From Altibacter sp. (GTDB lineage Bacteria > Bacteroidota > Bacteroidia > Flavobacteriales > Flavobacteriaceae), in contig NZ_JAIOHK010000060.1 of the NCBI RefSeq assembly GCF_019913785.1, positions 1,826 to 65,825 of the forward strand: DNA of 64,000 nt, written 5' to 3'. The notes under the pieces are model-generated. The model was not told the origin of the DNA and did not search any database. It saw only the letters and a program-made list of their open reading frames with translations. Made by a program: the position numbers and the translations under genes. Each line of letters begins with the position of its first letter. Position 1 is the stretch's first letter. Shown piece by piece: positions 56,138 to 64,000 of the stretch.

Positions 56138-56860
56138 CTAGTTTTTCAACTTTTCCTCAAGGCGTAGGGCTTTTGGATGTAGAATGTTGTTTTCTAGGTG
56201 AATGTGTTTGTGCAGATCTTGCTCAAATTCATCCAGCTTATCGTACAAGGCTCTAAATGTATTACAAGCTCCTTCCGGTGGGGTGTAATTATTTGTGAGA
56301 CGGGCAATTTCTTTAAAAATATCGCCAACTTCTTCGTGTTCACTTTCCATCATATGAATAGGGTTCTGAACGGATCCAAAGTGTGCATTGGGTGGGGTGC
56401 TATTTTCTTTTTCAGCCTTTACCAACTGCTTGATATAAGGGAATAGTACTAATTCCTCCTTTTTCATATGTCCGGCCAATTCCTTGGCAGCTAATTGAAA
56501 TAGTCTATCTATTTCTACAACCTCGGTATAATGGTGCCCATGCACTTTGGCTACCTTGGCAGCGTACAAAAGCAGCATCGGCGTGCTTTCTTCTACATAA
56601 TTGTGATGTACATTTTCGATATAGTCGATCAAAAAAGGAAGCGTCCATCGATTGTAATCGTTATTGTCTTCAGCAGACACATTCACTTCTTGTAGTTCTT
56701 GCAATAATGTATTGTAATCCAATCCTTTTTTCTCACAAACCTTTTCGATGGAAACACCACCGCCACAACAAAAGTCAATGTTGTATTTTTTAAATACATG
56801 AGAAGCTTTAATGTTTTCGGTAACTACCTGTGCTACGGTTTTATCTTTTGTAATATTCAT
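56138..56860 (-). CDS. ric: iron-sulfur cluster repair di-iron protein (RIC/ScdA/YtfE family)
   Basis: ScdA_N motif DFCCGG and hemerythrin-like His/Glu motifs (HH..VEE, EE..LFP, H..LEN). ATG 56878 is an alternative start. Confidence 0.8.
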   Translation of the reverse strand: MNITKDKTVAQVVTENIKASHVFKKYNIDFCCGGGVSIEKVCEKKGLDYNTLLQELQEVNVSAEDNNDYNRWTLPFLIDYIENVHHNYVEESTPMLLLYAAKVAKVHGHHYTEVVEIDRLFQLAAKELAGHMKKEELVLFPYIKQLVKAEKENSTPPNAHFGSVQNPIHMMESEHEEVGDIFKEIARLTNNYTPPEGACNTFRALYDKLDEFEQDLHKHIHLENNILHPKALRLEEKLKN

Positions 56861-56878
56861 AACTAACAATTTATGCAC

Positions 56879-57487
56879 TTAACGTGCGGTTTCAACAATT
56901 TTTTCAACAGTTTCCTTATTATTAACACCCAGACCTTCTTTTTGGTGTACGAGCTCACCTTTTTGGTTAAAAACGCTGATAATATTTGAATGCGAAAAGT
57001 CCATAGGTGATATTTTCTTGTAATTTACGGCCAATACGGCTGCAAATTCGCGGGTGTCTTCTTCAGTGCCCCGTAAGAAGATCCATTTTTCGTCATCCAT
57101 ATCATTTTCGATAGCGAATGCTTTTAGTCGTTGTGGTGTATCGGTAGCCGGATCGATACTTATAAAAACGTACTTGACATTTCCTTTTTTCGAATCGGGG
57201 ACTTGTGCTTCAATCGCCCGCATATCGGCAATCAGTCGAGGGCATGCGGCCGTGCAGGATGTATAGATCATAACCATCACCAACACATCTCCGTTCAATT
57301 CTTTTAGTTCAATCGCTTCGTTATTCTGAGTTGTCCAGACCGAGGGTAAATTGTAAATGGATAATTCAGAAATAGCTGTATCTGTAACTGAAGCTTCAGC
57401 GATTACTTCCGAATTTTTGTCCTTGCACGAGGTAAATAATGCGGGTATCACTAATATAAATAGAATATGTCTTATTATGTATTTCAT
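56879..57487 (-). CDS. SCO/SenC family copper chaperone (thioredoxin fold)
   Basis: Lipobox FTSC. CTAAC (CxxxC) motif and a downstream His (DFSHS). Confidence 0.8.
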   Translation of the reverse strand: MKYIIRHILFILVIPALFTSCKDKNSEVIAEASVTDTAISELSIYNLPSVWTTQNNEAIELKELNGDVLVMVMIYTSCTAACPRLIADMRAIEAQVPDSKKGNVKYVFISIDPATDTPQRLKAFAIENDMDDEKWIFLRGTEEDTREFAAVLAVNYKKISPMDFSHSNIISVFNQKGELVHQKEGLGVNNKETVEKIVETAR

Positions 57488-57502
57488 TTTTTTCCGAAAA
57501 AA

Positions 57503-58285
57503 TTAGGGTTGGTCCTCAACATCTTTTACACATCGAAAACCTAAATTTTTAATTGAATAATTTGCTTTAATACTCCCTCTGAAGGCATATCGCATAAAGG
57601 CGGCATAATTCATTAGATCTGAAGCACCTACAGCTGCACTTCCGCAAAAAAGATTACTATCCTTATCCACATCTTTCCGGGACTCCCCAGAAATAAGCAC
57701 CGAGTTGAAATCACTTGTCCATTCCCACACCAATCCGTGTAGATCGTAAATGCCCCAGTAATTTTTAAAAGTGGAGCCTATCGCTTCATTGTAGGTGTTT
57801 CTCCGTTCGTACCAGCCCAAAATAAATTGATTATAGCTTTTCTTTTTTCTTGCATCTGCCGTACTTTCATCGGCCATGGCAGCATATTCCCATTCATCGA
57901 TGGTTGGTAGTCGTTTCCCTTGGCATTCGCAATACTTTTTAGCTGCAAACCAAGAAATATTCGTCACGGGTGCATTGGGTTGTAATTGATCGCCAAAACT
58001 ATCGTCATTGGGCCAGCCGGTGAGATAACTTTTGTTTGCAAACAACCTTTTGACCTGACTCTTTTTCCAAGTTGGAAATTTTTGAACAAAGGCAAGGTAT
58101 TCGCTATTGGTAACAGGATAGACATCCATATGGAATGATGCTACTTTTACTGCCATAGAATCTACCCCATATAATGGAATATAAACCCCTTCCATAACAG
58201 TCACCATATTCTGCGGTTGCGCGACCCCGTTTCCGGAAAGAAAACCACAAATTAGAATAACGATTGTTTTTTGAAAGAGGTTCAT
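57503..58285 (-). CDS. nirV: formylglycine-generating-enzyme (SUMF1) family protein, NirV-like
   Basis: The FGE-sulfatase motifs NVSWF-like (NISWFAAKKYC), HGLVWEWTSD and GFRCV are present. Position directly downstream of nirK matches nirK-nirV pairs. Confidence 0.7.
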   Translation of the reverse strand: MNLFQKTIVILICGFLSGNGVAQPQNMVTVMEGVYIPLYGVDSMAVKVASFHMDVYPVTNSEYLAFVQKFPTWKKSQVKRLFANKSYLTGWPNDDSFGDQLQPNAPVTNISWFAAKKYCECQGKRLPTIDEWEYAAMADESTADARKKKSYNQFILGWYERRNTYNEAIGSTFKNYWGIYDLHGLVWEWTSDFNSVLISGESRKDVDKDSNLFCGSAAVGASDLMNYAAFMRYAFRGSIKANYSIKNLGFRCVKDVEDQP

Positions 58286-58297
58286 ATTATCATATAA

Positions 58298-59764
58298 TTA
58301 TTGTGCGTTTCGTCTGCTTTTTACCATGGCCGGTGTAACTTCTTTTTTCGAGTTGCCCCAGCTGTTATAGACATAGGTAAGTACATTGGCAACTTCATCA
58401 TCGCTGAGATTCTGCCGTGTCATTACACTGTTGTACTTTTGCCCGTTTACGGTTATTTCGCCCGTTAAACCGTTTAAGATAATATCAATAGCTCGATTCA
58501 CATCTGCGTTTAGATAATCCGATTTAGCCAGTGGAGGGAAGGCATTTGGTATTCCTTGTCCCTCGGCTTGGTGACATGCAAAACAGGTTTGCATATATGC
58601 TTGTTTACCAAATTCCATTTTTTCTTCAAAAGATTTTGCTGGAATTTCGGACGCTACAACTTCGCCAGTTTCAGGCATTTCTTGTATACCTGGTCCTTCA
58701 GGTAAGTAGATACCATCTTTAAGTTCACCGGAATATATTTTTTTATTTTCTTCACCTTCTACTTTTAGCATTCCTAAAGCACCTTTATTGAATGCTCTAA
58801 AGATGGAGTGATCAACTAGGATTAAAGTTCCGGGTACATCGACGCGAAATTCTACTATGGCAGCGCCACCAGCTGGAATTAAAGTGGTTTGTACATTTTC
58901 ATTGATCAAATCTCCTCCCTCAACATGTACTTTATCAAATATTTCACCAATAACATGAAAAGAAGATACTAAACCTGGGCCTCCATTTCCAACAAAGAGT
59001 CTAACGGTTTCGCCAACTTTTGCTGTAATGGCATTGTCTCCAGTAAGTGCTCCCACCTTGCCATTAAACACCACATAATCTGCTTTTTCATCTACAGCTT
59101 TTTGCATATCAAAGGGTTGCAAACCACGCTCGCCATTCGCACCTTTTGTATAAAAATCACCTTGCATGACGTAATACTCTTTATCTACAATTGATAAACC
59201 GCCTTCTGGTTCTACTAAAATCAAACCGTACATTCCGTTAGCAATATGCATTCCAACTGGAGCTGTTGCGCAGTGATAGACGTAGAGTCCAGGATTTAAG
59301 GTCTTAAAAGAAAACACTTTTTCATGACCAGGCGCTACAAAAGAGGATTCTGCACCACCACCGGGGCCTGTTACTGCATGTAAATCAATGTTGTGTGGTA
59401 ATTTATTATCTGGATGGTTTTGTAAATGGAATTCAACTTCATCGCCCACTCGGGTTCTAATAAAACTTCCCGGAACCGATCCTCCGAATGTCCAATATAC
59501 ATATCGAACCCCATCGGTCATTTCTCCTTCTTCTTCAAGGATTTCCATTTTAACGATCAGTTTCTTGGCTTTTCTTTTACCAACCGGTGTGGGTACATTG
59601 GGTGGTGAGGTTAGTTCGGCGATCATCTCCTGACTTACCGGAATATCCGCTTTGTCTTCATAAACTTTTTCTCCTTGTTTGTTAAAACAGGAAGAGACCA
59701 TAAATGCTAACAGGGTTGCAAATACGACTAAGGATGCTGAATTGTTTAAAAATTTTAGTTTCAT
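58298..59764 (-). CDS. nirK: copper-containing nitrite reductase fused to a C-terminal c-type cytochrome domain
   Basis: Lipobox VSSC. Cu ligand motifs HNIDLHAV and [16 protein letters not shown]. The C-terminal extension carries CFACH. Confidence 0.9.
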   Translation of the reverse strand: MKLKFLNNSASLVVFATLLAFMVSSCFNKQGEKVYEDKADIPVSQEMIAELTSPPNVPTPVGKRKAKKLIVKMEILEEEGEMTDGVRYVYWTFGGSVPGSFIRTRVGDEVEFHLQNHPDNKLPHNIDLHAVTGPGGGAESSFVAPGHEKVFSFKTLNPGLYVYHCATAPVGMHIANGMYGLILVEPEGGLSIVDKEYYVMQGDFYTKGANGERGLQPFDMQKAVDEKADYVVFNGKVGALTGDNAITAKVGETVRLFVGNGGPGLVSSFHVIGEIFDKVHVEGGDLINENVQTTLIPAGGAAIVEFRVDVPGTLILVDHSIFRAFNKGALGMLKVEGEENKKIYSGELKDGIYLPEGPGIQEMPETGEVVASEIPAKSFEEKMEFGKQAYMQTCFACHQAEGQGIPNAFPPLAKSDYLNADVNRAIDIILNGLTGEITVNGQKYNSVMTRQNLSDDEVANVLTYVYNSWGNSKKEVTPAMVKSRRNAQ

Positions 59765-59774
59765 AAATCTTATT

Positions 59775-61049
59775 TTACGGGTTGGTTTTATTAGTTTCAG
59801 TCTTAAATAGTGTTGGGTGGATGGTTATCATTATCCAGCCCCAATTGTTGGTGTTATTATCGAAATTGTTTTTTATAATTTCAAGTCCTTCCGAAGCGAA
59901 CATATGTGAATATCCGGCTTTTAAATTAATATCCTTAGAAAATTGATACGAATACCCAAAATCAAGTTCCGTCCCAAGTTGTTTTGAATCTGTTCCCGGA
60001 ATATCAGCCGCTCCTAAAAAATAATGCAAAGCAACATCAAAGCTCGATTTTTCACTAGCAGATAGTTTTGCCTTGGCGAATAGATCAACGAGACCTACGT
60101 TGTTCATGTGATTCCCTACATAGAAATAATCCATGAAGCCATTAAATTTATGGTTGGTTCCATACAACGGTGTAAACGCATTGTTTTCTCCATTAGCAGG
60201 AACTCCATTGTCATTACCACTCTGTAGCTCACCGCCTAAACCCAAATTTACTTTCTGACTTATCTTATAGTTGGCCTCAATCCCTAACAAATAAGCACTA
60301 AGGTCCTTATTAGAAACGTCTTTTCCAAATTGGTAGTACAAATTCGAGTTCAAATGAAGATTTTCTCCTTTATACGTTAGATGTGAGCCAACAGTTTGGC
60401 TGTATCTGGTTTCGGTGTTCGATTCATTTTCAGCATCTATAAACTGGAGGCCGTTATTCAAAAATAAAAAACTGGCTCCAATGGCGTCCCAATCGTGATG
60501 TAACCAAGTATAGAATAGACTTTTATAGGTATTCACATTTAAAACATGTCCTGTCAACGCTTCTCCATTTTGATTAAAGGCATATCCGGCGTGGGCTTCG
60601 AATTTATTTTTCTGAAACTTTATAAGGGCGGCATCATGGCTACGTGCCTGCTGTGCCCATCCCACATTACCTAAAATTCGGTGATCATCATAAACAATTT
60701 CTTGCCGTCCTACTTTGGCTCTCCATTGTGGGCTAAATAAAAGTTCTCCCCAAGCCTCATGAACCGAAAATCCATTTTCGTCTGCGGTATTAAGTTGAGG
60801 GACATCTCCCCAAACTCGAACATCCTGAAGGCTGAGATAAAAGTTTAGCTTTTCGTTAGTGAAGCCTGCATTTAAGCGAGTACGTTGTGATACAAAACTT
60901 GCGGCATCCACATCGTCAGGAAAGAGCGTTTTGTAACCATGTCGGTACTCAAAACGAGGGCGAAGTTCCGCATCAACCGTAAGTTGAGCATAGGTGTTAA
61001 TACTAATGAAAAGGAATAAAATTTGAATCGAAAGTGCTGTCTTTTTCAA
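59775..61049 (-). CDS. outer-membrane porin (alginate-export/AlgE-like family)
   Basis: Signal peptide, RPRFEYRHG motif and alternating beta-strand pattern. First gene of the nirK operon. Confidence 0.55.
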   Translation of the reverse strand: MKKTALSIQILFLFISINTYAQLTVDAELRPRFEYRHGYKTLFPDDVDAASFVSQRTRLNAGFTNEKLNFYLSLQDVRVWGDVPQLNTADENGFSVHEAWGELLFSPQWRAKVGRQEIVYDDHRILGNVGWAQQARSHDAALIKFQKNKFEAHAGYAFNQNGEALTGHVLNVNTYKSLFYTWLHHDWDAIGASFLFLNNGLQFIDAENESNTETRYSQTVGSHLTYKGENLHLNSNLYYQFGKDVSNKDLSAYLLGIEANYKISQKVNLGLGGELQSGNDNGVPANGENNAFTPLYGTNHKFNGFMDYFYVGNHMNNVGLVDLFAKAKLSASEKSSFDVALHYFLGAADIPGTDSKQLGTELDFGYSYQFSKDINLKAGYSHMFASEGLEIIKNNFDNNTNNWGWIMITIHPTLFKTETNKTNP

Positions 61050-61105
61050 AAGGACTAATTTAATATAATGGGTGCAAAAATTGACCTATATAAGGTCTTA
61101 AAAAA

Positions 61106-61117
61106 TGATATTTATCA
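61106..61117. promoter_or_regulatory. FNR/FixK-like box TGATATTTATCA
   Basis: Centre is 62.5 nt upstream of the porin start (61049, minus strand), which heads the nirK operon. Confidence 0.6.
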
Positions 61118-61264
61118 TAGAAATAACTCATTTATCTTTTACACATAGTTTCAAACATTTTCAGCTTGACAAGCTTTGTTAGTTTCGTATACGAAGATAC
61201 TCCTTTTGCTTTTAGTAGCTATAAGACAAAAAATAATTGTTGTCTAAATAAGGTTGTAGCCTTC

Positions 61265-61276
61265 TGATATTTATCA
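61265..61276. promoter_or_regulatory. FNR/FixK-like box TGATATTTATCA
   Basis: Centre is 48.5 nt upstream of ccoI. Confidence 0.6.
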
Positions 61277-61318
61277 TATTTTAGTAGATGAACAATTAAA
61301 ACCTTTGCACCGGGTATA

Positions 61319-63739
61319 ATGAGCAAATTAAATGGGATGGTTACGTGCTTTCATTGTGGAGACGAATGCTTAGATATAAAGATCGAACAAGACGAAAAGT
61401 CGTTTTGCTGCCATGGCTGTAAAACGGTTTACGATATACTGCACGAAAATGACTTAGGTTATTATTACGATCTCGAAAGTACACCCGGCACCTCACCTAA
61501 TTCGATAGAAGGGAAATTTGATTATTTAGACAACACGACGATTGCTGAAAAACTGCTGGAATTCAACGATCAAAACTTTCAGATAGTCTCCTTTACAATT
61601 CCATCCATACACTGTAGTTCATGTATTTGGGTTTTAGAAAATCTGAATAAACTTCAAAAGGCTGTACAAACCTCACAGGTTAATTTTCCTGAAAAGACAG
61701 TCAGAATTACATTCAATGCTGAAGAGATTTCGTTAAAAGAGTTAGTGATCCTACTGAGTAGAATAGGATATGAACCTACAATCTCCTTAGAAGATTCTCA
61801 AAAGAAGAAAAAGGAATATAACCGAAGCCTCACCTACAAATTAGGGATAGCGGGATTTGCGTTTGGAAATATCATGTTCCTGTCGTTTCCCGAATATTTT
61901 GAAGTGCAGGAATTTTGGCTTGATCAGTTCAAACACGTCTTTCGCTGGCTAATGTTCGCCTTTTCGCTTCCTGTTGTGTTTTACTCGGGACGCGGCTATT
62001 TTATTTCTGCCTACAAAGGACTCCGCTCGGGATTTTTGAATATAGATGTTCCCATCGCCATTGGGATTGCAGTTTTATTTATTAGAAGTACTATCGATAT
62101 TTTTTTCGATTGGGGTTCGGGTTTTTTCGACAGTCTCACAGGTTTAATTTTCTTCTTATTATTAGGAAAATTCTTTCAGCAAAAAACCTATGCCTTTTTA
62201 TCTTTCGAACGTGATTATAAATCGTATTTTCCAATTGCCGTAACCAGATTGCTGCGTTCTAAAAGCGGGTTGATTTCTGAAGAACAGGTGGAAGTGTATG
62301 AAATATCAAAAGGCGACCGACTGCTAATTCGCAATAATGAGATATTACCGGTGGATGCCATTCTTATTAAAGGAAATGCACTCATAGACTACAGTTTTGT
62401 AACCGGTGAGGCCGAGTTGGTGCGTAAAACGAGTGGGGATAAACTATTTGCCGGAGGAAAGCAACAGGCGGGAATTCTTGAAGTGGAAGTGCTTAAGCCC
62501 ATTTCACAGAGTTATTTGACACAGTTATGGAGTAACGAAGCCTTTAGTAGTGAAAAACCCAATCTGTTTCAATCGCTTACCGATAGTATTAGTAAGCGAT
62601 TCACCATTGGTGTGCTTTCTATTGCAGTGATTGCAACGGTTTTTTGGTTGCTGGTAGACCCGTCAAAGGCGTTCAATGTGTTTACCGCAGTGTTGATTGT
62701 GGCATGTCCTTGTGCCATAGCATTAGCATCTCCATTTACTCTTGGGAATATGTTACGCATCTTCGGTAGGAATAAATTGTACCTAAAAGAAGCCTCCGTC
62801 ATTGAACATATGGCAAAGGTAGATACGGTTGTTTTTGATAAGACTGGAACCCTTACCACCCATAAAAAAAATAGTATCACCTATGAAGGAATCTTACTTT
62901 CTGAAGAAGAAATAGTCCTTTTAACGAGTTCGCTTCGCGCCTCCAATCACCCATTGAGTCGTGCGCTGTATGCTATTTTGGATAAGAATAACATTCAGAC
63001 ATTGGATGCTTTTGAGGAAGTGACCGGGAAGGGAATTTCGGCAAGGCAGAACGGAATGCGCTTAAAGATTGGGTCGAAGGCTTTTGTGGAAAAGGATATT
63101 TCGATAGCTGCACCGATTTCCTCAGATAATCTAGCCAAAACAGCTGTGCATGTGAGTAGTAATGATGACTATAAAGGATGTTATATTTTTCAGAATAAGT
63201 ACAGAGAAGGCGTCTCCGAAATTTTCGAAACACTTCATCGGGGTAGCGAAGTGATTGTACTTTCGGGAGACAATGAAGGAGAGCGAGAACGATTAGAGCA
63301 GCTACTCCCAAAGGGCACGGAACTCTATTTTAATCAAAAACCGGATGACAAACTTGAATTTGTAAAAAACCTTCAGCAATTAGGAAAATATGTAATGATG
63401 GTTGGAGATGGTTTAAATGACGCCGGAGCTTTGAAGCAAAGTGATGTGGGGATTGTAATTTCAGAAGATATCAATGTGTTTTCTCCTGCCTGTGATGGTA
63501 TTTTAGACGCATCTCGATTTCAATACCTAACAAGCTATTTACAGCTTTCCAAGAAGGCGATCAAAATTATAAAATGGAGTTTTATACTATCGCTGGCCTA
63601 CAACTTAATAGGGTTGTCTTTTGCTGTTACGGGTAATTTAATGCCTGTAGTTGCGGCAATATTAATGCCTTTGAGTTCCATAAGTATTGTAGTTTTTACT
63701 ACCTTGGCAACGCAGTATGTGAGTAGAAATTTAAAATGA
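61319..63739 (+). CDS. ccoI: heavy-metal (Cu) translocating P1B-type ATPase, CcoI/FixI type
   Basis: N-terminal Cys-rich ribbon (CFHCGDEC..CCHGC), CPC motif (VACPCAIA), DKTGTLT and GDGLNDAGAL. Followed by ccoS. Confidence 0.85.
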   Translation: MSKLNGMVTCFHCGDECLDIKIEQDEKSFCCHGCKTVYDILHENDLGYYYDLESTPGTSPNSIEGKFDYLDNTTIAEKLLEFNDQNFQIVSFTIPSIHCSSCIWVLENLNKLQKAVQTSQVNFPEKTVRITFNAEEISLKELVILLSRIGYEPTISLEDSQKKKKEYNRSLTYKLGIAGFAFGNIMFLSFPEYFEVQEFWLDQFKHVFRWLMFAFSLPVVFYSGRGYFISAYKGLRSGFLNIDVPIAIGIAVLFIRSTIDIFFDWGSGFFDSLTGLIFFLLLGKFFQQKTYAFLSFERDYKSYFPIAVTRLLRSKSGLISEEQVEVYEISKGDRLLIRNNEILPVDAILIKGNALIDYSFVTGEAELVRKTSGDKLFAGGKQQAGILEVEVLKPISQSYLTQLWSNEAFSSEKPNLFQSLTDSISKRFTIGVLSIAVIATVFWLLVDPSKAFNVFTAVLIVACPCAIALASPFTLGNMLRIFGRNKLYLKEASVIEHMAKVDTVVFDKTGTLTTHKKNSITYEGILLSEEEIVLLTSSLRASNHPLSRALYAILDKNNIQTLDAFEEVTGKGISARQNGMRLKIGSKAFVEKDISIAAPISSDNLAKTAVHVSSNDDYKGCYIFQNKYREGVSEIFETLHRGSEVIVLSGDNEGERERLEQLLPKGTELYFNQKPDDKLEFVKNLQQLGKYVMMVGDGLNDAGALKQSDVGIVISEDINVFSPACDGILDASRFQYLTSYLQLSKKAIKIIKWSFILSLAYNLIGLSFAVTGNLMPVVAAILMPLSSISIVVFTTLATQYVSRNLK

Positions 63740-63757
63740 AACTAAATAAATCAAAGC

Positions 63758-63769
63758 TGATAAATATCA
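63758..63769. promoter_or_regulatory. FNR/FixK-like box TGATAAATATCA
   Basis: Centre is 56.5 nt upstream of ccoS. Confidence 0.6.
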
Positions 63770-63819
63770 TATTTTAAAGTGGAGCACGCTCCTAATTTTA
63801 CGGCTTAATTCGGGTAGGT

Positions 63820-64000
63820 ATGAGTATTATTTATGTATTACTAACAATTAGTGTCATTGTCGCATTGGTCTTCTTTGCGGCTTTTATTTTTTCAGTAAGA
63901 GCGGGTCAGTACGACGATACCTACACACCTTCTGTTCGTATGCTTTTTGAAGATGAACTAATAAAAGATCAGAACTCCCAAACTGTACAAAATCAAAAAC
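63820..64000 (+). CDS. ccoS: cbb3-type oxidase maturation protein CcoS/FixS (3' end runs off the window)
   Basis: My own translation gives MSIIYVLLTISVIVALVFFAAFIFSVRAGQYDDTYTPSVRMLFEDE.., that is one TM helix plus the GQ[FY]DD motif. Not in the ORF track because it is truncated. Confidence 0.7.
   Translation, partial: MSIIYVLLTISVIVALVFFAAFIFSVRAGQYDDTYTPSVRMLFEDELIKDQNSQTVQNQK

Noticed and set aside
1-64000. Search for mobile elements, CRISPR arrays, tRNA/rRNA genes, integrases or phage-defence islands
   Set aside because: I recognised no transposase, integrase or recombinase-like ORFs, no regularly spaced direct repeats, and no tRNA-like or rRNA-like sequence. Gene content is coherent chromosomal metabolism and regulation. 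tRNA or small RNA genes could still be missed without a covariance-model scan.

Overview
Low-GC, densely coding chromosomal segment that looks Bacteroidota/Flavobacteriia-like (inference from lipoprotein signals ending in ..SC, a Sec-type NosZ and gene content). I recognised no rRNA, tRNA, CRISPR or IS/transposase genes. Most of the window is one large low-oxygen/denitrification island. It holds a clade-II-type nos cluster (cyt c, fasciclin, nosZ, nosB-like, nosL, a broken cupin ORF, nosD, nosF, nosY) and a cNOR cluster (norC, norB, norQ, norD plus CoxIII-like and CoxIV-like genes). It also holds a second, divergent NorC/NorB-like pair next to an Rrf2 (NsrR-like) regulator, and a nirK operon (porin, nirK::cyt c, NirV-like, SCO, RIC). 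Other genes in the island are anaerobic RNR nrdG-nrdD, ccoI/ccoS, fermentative genes (ldhA, a CoA-transferase, ADP-forming acetyl-CoA synthetase, a PK-like gene) and nadAB. A hibernation-like gene set is present as well: hpf, hsp20, six tandem-domain universal stress proteins, and two ATP-cone/PD-(D/E)xK paralogues flanking a beta-CASP MBL nuclease. A TetR-TolC-HlyD-ABC-2 efflux operon and housekeeping deoD-deoC-trx interrupt the island. Two signals stand out. (1) The palindrome [A/C]TGA[T/C]-N4-[A/G]TCA[T/G] (FNR/FixK-type) occurs 17 times perfectly and twice degenerately in intergenic DNA, typically 45-87 nt upstream of the start codons of the low-oxygen genes. (2) A FixL-like PAS histidine kinase sits next to a response regulator whose receiver domain is fused directly to a Crp/Fnr-type effector and HTH module. 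This is a candidate one-protein FixJ+FixK equivalent that could read those boxes. All functional calls come from by-eye motif recognition and no database search was run.
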